Shown here: positions 23,337 through 34,914 of the stretch, piece after piece
Numbering within the stretch: position 1 is the stretch's first letter
Layout: every line of letters starts with the position of its first letter
NCBI RefSeq assembly: GCF_055900595.2
Contig: NZ_JBVWEU010000002.1
Strand: one strand, 5' to 3'
Length of the DNA: 64,000 nucleotides
Origin: a plasmid
The notes under the pieces: generated by a model
Seen by the model: the letters and a program-made list of their open reading frames with translations, nothing else
Told to the model about the DNA's origin: nothing
Database searches by the model: none
Translations under genes and position numbers: made by a program

Positions 23337-23382
23337 TTAACAAGTCTTAAAGATACCTCTGAAAGGACCGGTTAACAAGTCT
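23337..23382. promoter_or_regulatory. putative operator/promoter of the antitoxin-toxin operon
   Basis: direct repeat ttaacaagtct at 23337-23347 and 23372-23382, 20-65 bp upstream of the antitoxin start. Confidence 0.35.
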
Positions 23383-23929
23383 GTATTACTCATACTTTTG
23401 CAAATACATTTAATGCTGGTTTTATTGTTCTGATGCCGCGTGAGCGGCATGGAAGGCGGTATAATGTAGCTACATATGGCACAAGAGTAAAACCGCCGAA
23501 GCCCGGCGTAAGCCGGTACTGATTGATAGATTTCACCTTACCCATCCCCGTCCTGCTAAGCCATGCCCGCTGTCAGCCATGAGAGAGCTTATGTGCGCGG
23601 TCGGAGTGGTCCCGACGAGGGTTTACCCGAAGTCGGGGCGTATCTCCGCGTTAGCGGGCCGTTAGGGCCGCTTACGAGCGTGTACACGATACGTCCAGCC
23701 AGAAGACTGACAGCGATGACAACGTAGTTACAACATTCATAATTAAAAGCGACTCTGTTCCGGCCCTTTGGGCCGGGGCGGGGCCGCTTTTCAGTTATGA
23801 GGGAGGGGCTTTGTGGTTTCGGTTCTGCGCTGGACCGGGGTTTTCTTGGCGGTTGTATTTGAGTGTTGTAACTAAAATGGCTCCGGTCGGGGCCCGCCGC
23901 TTGCGGTGGGAGGTGCATATCTGTCTGTC

Positions 23930-24280
23930 CACAGGACAGGCAGTGAATAGGTTTTCTTTTTAAATGAATGTAATTAAGTAGTTTAAAGGAGATATAAACA
24001 GGTGTTTAAAAGATACATTGCACCCTGTAAGACTGGCGGCTGGCGCTTTATGACATGAACGGTTGTAACCTTATGGGGAAGTCCCTTGCAGTTTAATGTG
24101 GATAAGCAAAATTCCCCGTCTGTGAGGCGTGTTTTGTATCGAAAACAGGGGGGGCCGGATGCTCCAGAAGGTGGATGGTGAGGTTGTTTTTTGTATGTGG
24201 TGCTGATTTTTTGTGCACTGACGGGCTTCAGGCGTGCGAATGCCTCCGGCGCGTGCCAGATTATTCTGAGGAGGTCACTT
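23930..24280. other. IncFII-type vegetative origin (oriR) region
   Basis: AT-rich block immediately downstream of repA1 containing a DnaA box (tgtggataa at 24097-24105, TTATCCACA on the minus strand). Confidence 0.6.
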
Positions 24281-25150
24281 TCAGGGGGAAGCTGTGGCCA
24301 GCCGGCTGTAATTACGGTTACGTGACAGAATCATGCGCTCCTTCACACGACGCTCCACTTCGCGTTTTACCGCCTCACGATTGGCAGTGAAGCGCCCTTC
24401 TGAGATTTCACGTGTCAGCTGCCGTTTCACCAGGGTGACAATTTCCTGACGTTCCCTGCTTGCATCACGACGCGCACGGGCACGCTTTATTCCCCGGGAC
24501 TTAAGCTCTGTCTGGTAACTGCGGAAACGCTCACGCACAAAACGCCAGGCCTTCGCTATCAGCTCATCCATACTCAGCGCATCCAACCCCTGCTTTTTAC
24601 GCTGTCGGTTTTCCCATTCCACACGACTGCGACGCGCGGCGGCCACCGCATCCTCTGACACATCGAGGGCGGTAAACAGCGACGGTGTGAGTGTGATGTC
24701 GGTCGGAATGTTGCAGCCAATAAGTGGGTCATATTCCGTCTGGTAGGTAATCAACCCCAGCTCTGACAGAAACATCAGGGCACGGGTGGCACGGGTGATG
24801 GAGAGTTTTCCGGCAGCAGACTCCGTCGCCAGTCCGCACTCAATGGCCAGTGTGGTGATGGAGCACTGGACGCGGTTGGCCAGCGGGTCATAGTGGAAAC
24901 ACAGCCCCTGCAGCAGCGCATCAATAGCCCGTCGACGCAGCACCGGTGGCATGCGTCGACGCAGACCACGCGAACGGGCATGCGCCACATGAATGGCGAA
25001 ATCAAAACGGGAAGTGAAGCCCAGCGCCTTTTCCATCAGTTTTTCGCAGAACTTCAGCGTTCCGGCACCTTCACGGGGTGTAAACACCGGATTCGGGTTC
25101 TTTACCTGGCGGTAATACGTTTGTTGAAGATCAGCCACACCATCCTGCAC
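24281..25150 (-). CDS. repA: IncFII replication initiator RepA1
   Basis: 289 aa; [33 protein letters not shown]... through ...[14 protein letters not shown] matches R100/R1 RepA1. Confidence 0.9.
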
Positions 25151-25214
25151 TTACAATGCGCAGAAGGAGTGAGCACAGAAAGAAGTCTTGAACTTTTCCG
25201 GGCATATAGCTATA

Positions 25215-25312
25215 CTCCCCGCATAGCTGAATTGTTGGCTATGCGGTTTTATGGGGCCCCGGTAATCTTTTCGTACTCGCCAAAGTTGAAGAAGATTATC
25301 GGGGTTTTCGCT
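25215..25312 (+). ncRNA. copA: CopA-like antisense RNA of the repA1 leader
   Basis: two stem-loops on the plus strand (25220-25246 and 25257-25304); second loop contains cgccaaa and is followed by a T-run; boundaries approximate. Confidence 0.45.
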
Positions 25313-25450
25313 TTTCTGGCTCCTGTACATCCACATCAGAACCAGTTCCCTGCCACCTTATGGCGTGGCCAGCCACAAAATTCCTTAAACGATCAGCAAT
25401 CTATCACGCACACCAGAAACAGGCAAGAATGTGATGTCGCTACATTTTAG

Positions 25451-25699
25451 TTAGCTGAAAGCACTCTTCTGCTTTATCAGTTCAGCAATCATCTCAGCCT
25501 GAGTAACACCTTCAGCGTCACACATCTCCTGTAATTGCGCTTTTAACGCAGCAGGAATGAACACTCTGAGTTCTTTATGTGTGGCACGTTTTCTTGCCAG
25601 AGATGCCTGCTGACGTTCTGCAAGCGTCAGAGGATTACCTTTTCGGTATGCTCGCTTTGTACCTGATGAGGAAGTCACTGCATTTTCTGTCTGCGACAT
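25451..25699 (-). CDS. copB: replication regulatory protein RepA2 (CopB)
   Basis: 82 aa, [11 protein letters not shown]... resembles IncFII CopB. Confidence 0.8.
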   Translation of the reverse strand: MSQTENAVTSSSGTKRAYRKGNPLTLAERQQASLARKRATHKELRVFIPAALKAQLQEMCDAEGVTQAEMIAELIKQKSAFS

Positions 25700-25982
25700 C
25701 TCGCCTCCTCAATTCTCAAACAGGGATCGTTTCGCAGAGGATACTACAGTTTTTTGAAATCAGCGACTTGAAAGTTGTGATGATGATCTGTGTTGGCGCA
25801 CAAATCATGTCTGATTACGACCGTTTAATGTGATTTTGATGATGAAATGACTGAAAAACAGGAAATGCCTTAACATGGATGCCGGCCCCGGGCGGGACCG
25901 GCTGTTTCTGGCATGTCGGGTGTCTGCCCCTGAAATACCTCACACTTCCGGAAAGCGGGGACTTCCGTCCCCGCCCGGCAGC

Positions 25983-26132
25983 TTACTTCCGTGCTTCGTA
26001 GGCCAGAGTTACCTGCACCACTGTATTTCCCCTGTGAATATTCAGCTCACATAACCGTTCTCTGAATATCAGTGAAAAACACAACACCGTGGCGCACACG
26101 GCGAGCAGCCCGATAAGGGCATATTTCGTCAT
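25983..26132 (-). CDS. srnB: Hok/Gef-family toxin (SrnB-like)
   Basis: MTKYALIGLLAVCATVLCFSLIFRERLCELNIHRGNTVVQVTLAYEARK; an overlapping upstream reading frame (MKYLNTTDCSLF...) resembles the mok/srnB' leader. Confidence 0.75.
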   Translation of the reverse strand: MTKYALIGLLAVCATVLCFSLIFRERLCELNIHRGNTVVQVTLAYEARK

Positions 26133-26341
26133 AAACTTTGACCTCTCTGCAAAGAAGAGGCTACAATCAGTAGTGTTAAGGTACTTCATGCAGACCTCAC
26201 GAGTTAATGGATTAACGAGTGGGGTCTTCGCATTTCTGGTACCTGCGTCTTGCCTGAACCAGAAAGGCTCAGACACCCGCCGCGATAATACCACATTCCT
26301 GTCTGGTTACGACGATCTCCATGCCCCCGGTTTTTATTGCA

Positions 26342-26416
26342 GAAACGCCGGGAGCGGGGAAAACTTGCTTTTTCCCGTTTCCGGGGTTGGACAACTGAGC
26401 AACGCGAAGGCGTCAG
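26342..26416. repeat. structured repeat, copy A (hairpin plus conserved 3' tail)
   Basis: gaaacgccgg...hairpin...tttccggggttggacaactgagcaacgcgaaggcgtcag; paired with the copy at 37222-37293. Confidence 0.5.
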
Positions 26417-26915
26417 CTACGATGTTCCGGTGACTGCTGATCAGCCCCTGTTGTATTCAGCCATTCTCCGGTCATCTGCAGCAGTTTTCTGGCATCGTGG
26501 CTTCTGAGCAACGGAATACCAGCCTGCCTCAGAACCTCTTCCAGAAGAATATCCCGGCGTCTGCGTTCCGGTCGTAAATGGCTGGCATCATCCAGCTCTA
26601 CTGCTGCAACAATACTGAACGAACGCCGCTCAACGATAACCACATCAACATGCCACTGAGACACCATCCTGAATAACTGCCACCACTGGCGTGATCGTGG
26701 CCGGATATTCCCGTTCAGCTGGACGATATCCGCGACCCGTACCTGCGGACACAGATACCACCGCTGGACAGTATTCGCTCTGCATCACCGGTCCGTATAC
26801 CTGCCGTATGCAATTGCATCAGCAAAGGAGAATGCTGATTTACACTTCTGAGGATAATCCGGATAAGTAACGCTGCAATAATCAGAACAATGAGAATAAA
26901 AATAATCAACTTCAT
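26413..26915 (-). pseudogene. hypothetical protein, apparently frameshifted (two adjacent ORFs)
   Basis: ORF 26715-26915 (N-terminal hydrophobic segment) and ORF 26413-26667 lie in tandem in different frames. Confidence 0.25.
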
Positions 26916-26953
26916 TATTTATCTGCTCCTGGCAATTAATTATTGCTGAATTA

Positions 26954-27163
26954 TTACCTTACATATTTCCATATCTCTTTTGGTATCCTGTCATATAACT
27001 TTCCGGTGATTAATTCCGCTAACCGGTGGTCTGCTGCTGAATTAAATGACTCACGTTCACTGTTTGATAAACTGTCTCTGTTTTTATGAATAATTTTTTC
27101 CAGCGTATTGACTGATGAACATCGCCGTAACTGATACAGCCATTCCTGTTTTGTTTTTGCCAT
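26954..27163 (-). CDS. hypothetical protein
   Basis: 69-aa ORF in the finO-distal maintenance region. Confidence 0.3.
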   Translation of the reverse strand: MAKTKQEWLYQLRRCSSVNTLEKIIHKNRDSLSNSERESFNSAADHRLAELITGKLYDRIPKEIWKYVR

Positions 27164-27208
27164 TTTTATTCCCGCTGAGAACAGATGAATGATAGGATTG
27201 CCATCGCT

Positions 27209-27670
27209 TTATTTACGGTGCCTCCATATCCAGGGGGGAACCGGATCAGCATCTGACCAGAGCCCACGTTTTTGTTGTCTGGCTTCGTTCTGAAGGACAG
27301 GCAGCACGGGATCTGTGTTGTACTGCTCATATACCCAGGCAGCCCCGGCCCGGACCATAAACTGATTAATATTCATTCCGTCTGGTGCATAAACCTGCCC
27401 GAGAATACGACCATAACGATCTCGCTGAAAATATGTGACGGTAACCGTTTTTCCTGCGACCAGTGATTTCATCATGTCTGTTGACCACCGGCCATAATCC
27501 TGTTTCTTTTCCGGTGCATCAATATTTACCAGCCTGATCCGCACCGCCTTCCGTGAGTCCATGACCTCGATGGTATCACCGTCCAGTACACGAACAACCC
27601 GTCCATGAATATCTGCAGACAATACCGGCCATGAAAAGATAAATAATACCAGTGGAATATATTTCATCAT
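27209..27670 (-). CDS. nuc: secreted thermonuclease (staphylococcal-nuclease-like)
   Basis: signal peptide MMKYIPLVLFIFSWPVLSA; SNase motifs DGDT, NIDAPE, DRYGR. Confidence 0.8.
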   Translation of the reverse strand: MMKYIPLVLFIFSWPVLSADIHGRVVRVLDGDTIEVMDSRKAVRIRLVNIDAPEKKQDYGRWSTDMMKSLVAGKTVTVTYFQRDRYGRILGQVYAPDGMNINQFMVRAGAAWVYEQYNTDPVLPVLQNEARQQKRGLWSDADPVPPWIWRHRK

Positions 27671-27915
27671 GTTATTCTCCATATCAGATAAATGGCACCT
27701 GTATTTCAGGCATCCTGAACATTGCAGCACACAATGAATAACACCTTATTTTGTGAAATAAATCACAAAATATAAAATCACGACTTAATACGGAAAAAAC
27801 TCTGTGCTACTCAGAACTGTCCGGTCATACTGCCCGACCGGATATTAAAAAAAGCAAATCTCATAAACTCCTTTCAGCCTTCTGACTTCTGGTGTAATGA
27901 AGGCTGCTTTTTTCA

Positions 27916-28128
27916 TTACACCCTTCCCCGGCAGCGCCGGTGGCAGTGTTCAGCCTTTTTCCGGGCAAACTGCTGCCAGTCTGTCCGGGGAGCTATGCAG
28001 GCAGCCCGTCGCCATGCTTCTGCCGCTTCCATCCAGCGTCCACTGACCTCCAGAATAACGGCCCGCCCGCCGGCACGCTGGTAACGCCAGACCTGACCGT
28101 TCCGTGAACTGTTTCTGAATCCATTCAT
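27916..28128 (-). CDS. hypothetical protein
   Basis: 70-aa ORF downstream of finO. Confidence 0.3.
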   Translation of the reverse strand: MNGFRNSSRNGQVWRYQRAGGRAVILEVSGRWMEAAEAWRRAACIAPRTDWQQFARKKAEHCHRRCRGRV

Positions 28129-28263
28129 TTTTCTGCTCCTCCCTTTTAGTCGTCAGTATTATTGTGGTAAATAATTCAGTGGACTGGCTTCCTTTCGGGT
28201 ACGGAAGTTATTTCCTTTTAAGCCTTATTGTTTCAGCCTCCTCACTCTTTCGGGGAGGCCTTT

Positions 28264-28824
28264 TTATTTCTCATCAAGCACGGCCTGAAGTTCTGCCTTT
28301 ATCCGGTTCTGGCGGCGGATTTTATCCAGACGCGCTGCCGCATACGCTTCCTCCTCCTGAGAAATATGCTCCGTCACATACCCTTCCGTGTCATACCGGC
28401 AGGCACCGGCTTTCATGGCACACAGATAGCTTTCTGAACGGGTGATGGCCTTCAGCGCCCTGCGCAGTTTTTTATGCGAGAGCGGGATATTCCGCTGCGC
28501 CACGTCTTCCAGTAACACGTCCCGGATACCGCAGGCCAGAAGCCGGGGCGTGTCACCGTCAAATAATCCCGGCCACCAGGGCTTCAGGGTATTCACGGCC
28601 TCATCCAGTGAGGGCAGGTTCAGATAAATGGACAGCGCCTGTCTAGCCTGCGCTTTTTTTGCCGCCAGCTCTGCTTCCCGGGCCGCTTTCTCGGCCAGTT
28701 TCTGCTTTTTCACCTTCCATTTTGGTGGCGTGGTGACATTGATGATGGTTTTCCGGCTGCGGACAGGCGTCTCTCCTTCTGTTTTCCGCTTCAGTGTCAG
28801 TACCGGTCGTTTCTGCTCTGTCAT
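28264..28824 (-). CDS. finO: fertility inhibition protein FinO
   Basis: [25 protein letters not shown]... matches FinO; gene uninterrupted. Confidence 0.85.
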   Translation of the reverse strand: MTEQKRPVLTLKRKTEGETPVRSRKTIINVTTPPKWKVKKQKLAEKAAREAELAAKKAQARQALSIYLNLPSLDEAVNTLKPWWPGLFDGDTPRLLACGIRDVLLEDVAQRNIPLSHKKLRRALKAITRSESYLCAMKAGACRYDTEGYVTEHISQEEEAYAAARLDKIRRQNRIKAELQAVLDEK

Positions 28825-28877
28825 GCTGTGTTCTGCCTCTGACGAATCATCCTTTACGGTCAAAGATACCACACCCT

Positions 28878-29624
28878 TTACAGTGCCAGAACGCCCAGCA
28901 CAGCCAGATGGCAGGCGTAGAAAGTCGGGAAAAAATCCCCGGGCCAGAAACGGGGTAATGATTTCCCTGCACAGGACACCAGGCCAACGGTCAGCACCGT
29001 CATCACAAGGCCGGCCACCGCCGCTGTATCACTGGTGGCAAGGTTAAGCGCAGGAATCACAGTCAGCAGGCATGCAACCAGCACCAGACGTTCCGTTCTG
29101 TCTTCCGCCCGGTACAGCCGGTGACTGACTGCCAGCATCAGCAGCCCGGCAATACCGTAACTGGTGCCGGACAAAGGCCCCCACAGTGCCATCAGGAGAA
29201 TGGCCGCTGCAGTACGCCACAGACTGCGCGTTTCACACCACGTCAGCACCTGTGCCGCAACTGCAAAGGCAAACAGGATATTCCCCTCATACCAGGGAAA
29301 GCCGGCCAGATAATACGCGAACTGGGCAATCACACCCCATCCCCACAGCCGGTTAATGGCCGACTGCCGGATATGCGCATGGCGGGACAGATTCAGCCCC
29401 CACACCAGGGCAAAAAGCGGAAAGGCTCCACGCCCGGCCAGAAACATCCACGTCTGGTCCAGATGCAGAATGCGGTTTGCATGGTCCAGTACCATCAGCA
29501 CCAGTGCCACCGTTTTGATGATATCCCGCTGTCCGGGGGACCAGACCAGCAATGACTGCAACCAGGTATCGGTCCGGGCAGCCAGTGAATCGTTACGTGT
29601 CGTGTTCGTGTTATCCGTTGTCAT
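28878..29624 (-). CDS. traX: pilin acetylase TraX
   Basis: 248-aa polytopic membrane protein directly downstream of traI. Confidence 0.85.
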   Translation of the reverse strand: MTTDNTNTTRNDSLAARTDTWLQSLLVWSPGQRDIIKTVALVLMVLDHANRILHLDQTWMFLAGRGAFPLFALVWGLNLSRHAHIRQSAINRLWGWGVIAQFAYYLAGFPWYEGNILFAFAVAAQVLTWCETRSLWRTAAAILLMALWGPLSGTSYGIAGLLMLAVSHRLYRAEDRTERLVLVACLLTVIPALNLATSDTAAVAGLVMTVLTVGLVSCAGKSLPRFWPGDFFPTFYACHLAVLGVLAL

Positions 29625-29643
29625 CAGCGTTTATCTTCCTGTA

Positions 29644-32600
29644 TCAGTCTCCGCCCAGGGTTTTCTCTTTCTGCAGGTCACGAACCATATCCCGCTCCAT
29701 CTGCTGCAGACGCTCCTGCAGCAGGTTTTCCCGGGCAACCTCGCGGACCGCTTCCCGTTCCCGTTGTGGTTCACGCAGTACACTCTCCGGCAGCGCGGCT
29801 TCCCGTTCAGTTATGGCAGCCCGGTCACGCTCCTGCCCGGCAATTTCCCTGACAGCCAGCTCTGTTTTGCCATCCGGCAGGTCAGGTTTGTTCTCTGCCA
29901 TTTTACGGACAATTTCATCTGCGCGGCGTTCCGTTTCACGGCGGATAGCCTCTTCAGCCTGCCGCTGTGCCAGTACCTCTGCCGTGACCGGTTCGCCATT
30001 TCCGGCACCCGGCTGGACGCTGTTGTCCGGGATATCCCCCCACACGCGGCCACCGGTGATGGCACCGGGATTCCACGGACGGCCTTCACCGGCGATTCTT
30101 ACCACCACACCACTGTCAGGATTATCACGGGCAATCCGGACGCCATCCTGCATATTATCAGCCAGCAGGCTCTCTCCGTTACGGCTGCCCTGCAGGGCCA
30201 CGAACTGCGCATCCCCGCTGCCTTTCACACGGCCTTCACCACTGAATCCCCGCAGCCCGTTTCCGTCATCCGTGGTCAGTGGGTTCAGCCAGATACCTGC
30301 TGACTTGCCGTTACGGTCAAACGCCGGCAGTGCCACATACGGCTGCGGATATTTGCGCCCCGGTGCAATAAACCGTGCAGGACTGTCTCCCCCGGCCAGC
30401 CCCGCCTGACGAAGAACGGCACGGCCTGCCGCCACGTCCCGCAGCTCCCGCGCCGTACTGAACAGCCGCTCTGCATTCATGACCTCCCGGTCCGGTTTCG
30501 GCTCAAACACATCGTGGGCCGTACCTTTCTGTACGGCATTGTTGATGGCATCCGTCCAGCCCTGACGGTTATCGGTGTACACCTGCACATGCTGCTTCAT
30601 ACGCGACAGGGCCACGTAGGCTGACTCAAAGCCGGCCATCAGTTTCCGGTTACCTTCCGTGCCTTCAAGCGCGATGGCAAAGGTTTCACTTGCCCCCTGC
30701 GCACCGTGGGCGGTGATGGCATAAGCCAGGTCAATATGTTGCTCTGCCCGCTCCTGACCGGGGCGAATCACCCGGGTCTGCTGTCCGTCCGACAGCGTGA
30801 CACTGTCACCGGAAACCGCTGTCACCGTCCAGACGCTGTTGGCCACATAGCCGCGCTCCCGATCACTCTTCGTGAAGCGCATCCGGTCACCGGTTCCCAC
30901 CCGGATGGTGTCCGGGGTGTACAGTGTGACGCCTTCAGCCACCGCCTCCCGGGGCGAAATCAGCCGCGTGTTACCTTCCGCATCCTGCAGGGTTATCAGC
31001 CCGTCATCCTTACTGATACCGGCAATCCGGTGATACGCATTATCCACCAGGACAAGTGCGTCCCGATGTGTCTCCCAGGTGGAGAGACGACGCAGTTCTC
31101 CGTCACGTATATTCGCTGTGTTCAGGACAGGCACCATGACCTGCTCTTTGCCCAGCTCACCGGCCTTTTCCCGTGCATCATGAATCATGCTGTTCAGTAC
31201 GCGCCGGTCCTCATTCAGGTGTGTGACAATCAGCGTCTGCTCCCGTGCTTCCGGTGTCCTGCCGGTATAGTCGCGGACAATGGCTTCATACAGTGTCATG
31301 GGGATATCCGGGAAAGCCTCGCCTTTCAGCATCGCCTTCTGCTGCGCTTCTGCCAGTTTCGCTTCCTGGCTGTGACTGAACTCCGTCACGGAGTGCTCCG
31401 GTGCCCATGCGCCCTCCAGACGTGGCACCTGAGACGGTTTCACGCTCTCAAGCCCGGACAGTGCCCTTTCCACATCCCGGTTAATCAGGCTGTATACCGC
31501 CTCCCGCAGTTCCGGCGTCTGACGCACAATCTCCTTCATGATGACCACATCGGCAGCACTGCGCGTCTGCTGGAGACGGAAAGGCTGACCGGGCGCGATG
31601 GCCTGCAGCTGGTCCGTGTCACCGCTGGCCACAGCCCGACCGCCACCGGCCGCAATCAGGGCGTATGCCCGTGCCATGTCGGTATTGCCCACCATTGAGC
31701 TCTCATCGAGCAGGAACAGCGTGTTGCTGAAATCCGGCGTTTCTCCGCTGCGCTGCTGCATCTGCGTGTCATGCAGAAAGGACGCCAGTGTCTGTGCATC
31801 CACGCCGGCGCTGCGCATCTCCCCGACCGCACGGTGCGTGGGGCCCAGCCCAACGACACGGGGACGCTCACTCTCCGGCAGCATGTTCACGGCTGACATC
31901 ACCGCCCGGAACTGTGTGGTCTTACCCACGCCGGCATAGCCCTGCACCACCGTGAAACGGTCGGACGTTTCCAGTATCATGCGGGTGGCGGCACGCTGTC
32001 CTGATGTCAGTTTCTCCATGAGTTCGCCAGGTACTCTCTCCATCAGCGGCGTGACCGCCTCCTTACCTTCGAGAATATGGCGAAGAATGCTCTTTTCTGC
32101 CTCATACGACGCACGGGAAACCAGCAGGCCTGTGCCATAGCCTTTTGCCACATCCACATACAGTAAATCACCGCGTTTTATCTGCGCATTGATTTCCCCT
32201 CCCAGGTCGATAAAACTGGTTCCTTCTGCAGCAAACGACTTCGCCTCTGTCAGCAGGTCCACCATGCTGAAGGCCAGGTTTTTACTTTCCAGCACAGGAA
32301 GGGCCAGATGAATAGCCTGCTGTGCCGGCGTGTGAAGCCCGGCTTTCTGCAGACTGATAGCGGTTTCCAGCAATGTCTCACCGGCACGCGCCTTTATCTG
32401 CTCAGAAACCACCGTAAAGGAGGGATGACGGGCAAGTTTTTCCGCAGTACGGGTTTCATCCAGTGAAGAATACAGCCGGACATCACGACCGCTGCGGGCC
32501 AGACCGTTCAGGGTGGCGTTGTCCATTGCCATCTGTGTGACGGAGGCAAAAACCTTCGCACTGTCGCTGACGGAATGCCCGGGCGTTTCCACCCAGCCGT

Positions 32601-34914
32601 TCTCCAGCTTCAGTGCCGTGAACGGTGAATCAGCCACAGGCAGGGTGGCCGGTTCAGCCCGCCCCGGCACAACAACCGTCATCGCATCTTCACTGACGGA
32701 TGCCACCTGCAGGCGGTCACCGCCGGAGACGCGGAGTCCGGGAATTTTCCCTGTCACCCTCAGACGCTCGCCGTCTGCCACCGGCATTTTTTCCGGCCGG
32801 AACAGCGACCAGCTGCTGTCCAGAGAAGAAATACGCACCACCTGCGTTTCACCCTGCGCATCCCGCAGGGTCAGGCTGTGACTCTGCGCCGTCACCCGGT
32901 CTATCACATAGCGGTCATGACTGCGTGTCTCCGGGTTCCACTGCTCCATCACCATTCCCGGGCGGTACATATCCCGCAGATAACGGCTCCGGCTGTCCAG
33001 CCAGACCGGTGACAGTGCCGTCATGGTCACCTCCTGATGTCCGAGCACGCCCTGTGTTTTCAGCTCACTGCGAATGGCCTGTGTCAGTATGGCCTGTTCC
33101 CGTACCCCGCTGACCTGTGCCACGCTCTCTTCTCCGGCTTTCACGCTGGCCGCAAAATCTCCTGCCAGCCGGGCATAGCGGACATTACGGTCCGGTTCAC
33201 TGATGATGGTGGCCGGTCGCTGTTCTCCCCCCTGCCAGCGATATGTGTTCACCCCGGCATCCTTCATGGCCATCAGCGCACTGCCTGTACCGGTTCGCTG
33301 CCCGCTGTCGGTTATCAGGACCTGTACGTTATGACGTGCGGCACCGTCCAGCAGGGTTAACGTCTCTTTCAGGGAGAGTTTTTCGCCCTGGTCAACGATA
33401 ACAGTACTGCCCGGCGTGAAGGCCATGCCTTCCAGCAACTGACGACGTCCGGTTATCAGCTCACCGGACAGCCGTTCATCCTGCTTCAGGTTCATCTGCG
33501 AGCGACGGTCAGCAGCGATAATCTGCACTTCCCGCCCCTGCTCCCGGGCCATCATGACCAGTTCAGCCACCCGCTCACGCTGCCCGGCTGCACCGCCCTG
33601 CCCGGACACAATGGCCAGCGACGGACGGTCCTGTGCCAGAACACTGACCGCATCGCTGTAACCAGCCGTCCGGGGGACACTTTTCTCCGGATGTACGGTC
33701 ACCCGGTTCTGTTTCATGATGTCACGACTGAGTGCCCGGACGGACAGCTCATCGAGCACATGAATTCCTGATGCGAACAGCCCCTTCTCACGGTCGAGGG
33801 GGATAAGCTGCTCACGACTGATGGTCTCATCGATACCGGCGCGTGCCCGTTCAATCACACCATTTTCCGGCGGCAGTATACCGACCGTTCTGGCCAGCAC
33901 GTCCGTGTACGTAAACTGCACTTTTCGTTCACTTAATCCGGCAATCGCCTGTGTCACCGCCTGCTGCACATCCGGCCCCTCCTGTGAAACAGCCCCGGGC
34001 GCCTGCGTGCGGGTCTCCGCACGCTGATCCGCCGCGTCACGATATGCCCGGATGTCGAACCCGGTTTCCTTCAGCGTCTGCATCCATTCAGCCATTCTGA
34101 CTTCAGGATCGACGTGCTGTTTGGATTTTCGCGTATCCAGTGCCGCCACATCCCGGGATTTCAGCGAGGCATCTTCCCCGACGGCCTCCCGGATTGCCTG
34201 TGAGCGTCCGGAAAAGGCCTCCACCGGTACGCCCGGCATCTCCCACATACCGTGCTTACCCACCACTTCGGTTTCATAGCCCAGCGCCTCAACCTGCTCT
34301 TTCAGTTTTTCCCGGTAGAGCCTGCCAAAGGCAATCTGATTAGCGTACACATTCTCAATGAACCCCGTTTTCCCCACTTTGTCACTGCTCAGTGTCTTCC
34401 ATTCGCCGTTATGCTGCGTGACATTAGCCACCACCGCATGCGTGTGTAACTGTGGTTCCTGATCGCGACTGGTGTCGTGGTTAAACAGTGCCATCACCAG
34501 ATTACCGGTCAGCACCGTTTCTGACTGTCCGTCCGTCATCACCCGTGTGGAGGCCAGCGCCTCCACCTGACGAACAGCAAAGTCCACGGCCTGGTTATGT
34601 GCATCAATCAGGCGCTTATCGCCACCTAACATGGCCATCATGGAGACACTTTTGGGGGCGGAGAAGGTCAGGTCGTAGCCGGGACGATGCCTGTTACTGC
34701 CATCCTGCATGCGGCTTAGATCCGCTCCGTCCGGCAGCCTTCCCTCCAGAAGACGGGTAAAAACATCCTTATCGACACTGCCCTGCAGTCCCAGCTGTTC
34801 AGCCCCCCTGCCGGCCCAGCGTTCTCCCATGCTGCCCAGCACATAGTAATTATCCTTGTCGGTATAATAGTTACCGGCACTTCCGGCCGATCTGACCTGC
34901 GCGATACTCATCAT
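29644..34914 (-). CDS. traI: relaxase/helicase TraI
   Basis: 1756 aa; N-terminal relaxase ([24 protein letters not shown]) and helicase domains. Confidence 0.95.
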   Translation of the reverse strand: MMSIAQVRSAGSAGNYYTDKDNYYVLGSMGERWAGRGAEQLGLQGSVDKDVFTRLLEGRLPDGADLSRMQDGSNRHRPGYDLTFSAPKSVSMMAMLGGDKRLIDAHNQAVDFAVRQVEALASTRVMTDGQSETVLTGNLVMALFNHDTSRDQEPQLHTHAVVANVTQHNGEWKTLSSDKVGKTGFIENVYANQIAFGRLYREKLKEQVEALGYETEVVGKHGMWEMPGVPVEAFSGRSQAIREAVGEDASLKSRDVAALDTRKSKQHVDPEVRMAEWMQTLKETGFDIRAYRDAADQRAETRTQAPGAVSQEGPDVQQAVTQAIAGLSERKVQFTYTDVLARTVGILPPENGVIERARAGIDETISREQLIPLDREKGLFASGIHVLDELSVRALSRDIMKQNRVTVHPEKSVPRTAGYSDAVSVLAQDRPSLAIVSGQGGAAGQRERVAELVMMAREQGREVQIIAADRRSQMNLKQDERLSGELITGRRQLLEGMAFTPGSTVIVDQGEKLSLKETLTLLDGAARHNVQVLITDSGQRTGTGSALMAMKDAGVNTYRWQGGEQRPATIISEPDRNVRYARLAGDFAASVKAGEESVAQVSGVREQAILTQAIRSELKTQGVLGHQEVTMTALSPVWLDSRSRYLRDMYRPGMVMEQWNPETRSHDRYVIDRVTAQSHSLTLRDAQGETQVVRISSLDSSWSLFRPEKMPVADGERLRVTGKIPGLRVSGGDRLQVASVSEDAMTVVVPGRAEPATLPVADSPFTALKLENGWVETPGHSVSDSAKVFASVTQMAMDNATLNGLARSGRDVRLYSSLDETRTAEKLARHPSFTVVSEQIKARAGETLLETAISLQKAGLHTPAQQAIHLALPVLESKNLAFSMVDLLTEAKSFAAEGTSFIDLGGEINAQIKRGDLLYVDVAKGYGTGLLVSRASYEAEKSILRHILEGKEAVTPLMERVPGELMEKLTSGQRAATRMILETSDRFTVVQGYAGVGKTTQFRAVMSAVNMLPESERPRVVGLGPTHRAVGEMRSAGVDAQTLASFLHDTQMQQRSGETPDFSNTLFLLDESSMVGNTDMARAYALIAAGGGRAVASGDTDQLQAIAPGQPFRLQQTRSAADVVIMKEIVRQTPELREAVYSLINRDVERALSGLESVKPSQVPRLEGAWAPEHSVTEFSHSQEAKLAEAQQKAMLKGEAFPDIPMTLYEAIVRDYTGRTPEAREQTLIVTHLNEDRRVLNSMIHDAREKAGELGKEQVMVPVLNTANIRDGELRRLSTWETHRDALVLVDNAYHRIAGISKDDGLITLQDAEGNTRLISPREAVAEGVTLYTPDTIRVGTGDRMRFTKSDRERGYVANSVWTVTAVSGDSVTLSDGQQTRVIRPGQERAEQHIDLAYAITAHGAQGASETFAIALEGTEGNRKLMAGFESAYVALSRMKQHVQVYTDNRQGWTDAINNAVQKGTAHDVFEPKPDREVMNAERLFSTARELRDVAAGRAVLRQAGLAGGDSPARFIAPGRKYPQPYVALPAFDRNGKSAGIWLNPLTTDDGNGLRGFSGEGRVKGSGDAQFVALQGSRNGESLLADNMQDGVRIARDNPDSGVVVRIAGEGRPWNPGAITGGRVWGDIPDNSVQPGAGNGEPVTAEVLAQRQAEEAIRRETERRADEIVRKMAENKPDLPDGKTELAVREIAGQERDRAAITEREAALPESVLREPQREREAVREVARENLLQERLQQMERDMVRDLQKEKTLGGD

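Noticed and set aside
23589-23918. 109-aa proline/arginine-rich minus-strand ORF downstream of oriR
   Set aside because: It lies in a GC-rich non-coding replicon region and has low-complexity composition; likely a chance ORF.
28237-28262. Hairpin (gcctcc...ggaggc followed by a T-run on the plus strand) just beyond the finO stop
   Set aside because: The T-run is on the wrong strand to terminate the minus-strand finO transcript, and no plus-strand gene ends here; function left unassigned.
29356-31939. Several long plus-strand ORFs (up to 330 aa) inside traI
   Set aside because: They are antisense to a well-supported 1756-aa relaxase gene in GC-rich DNA and have no recognisable motifs or start context.
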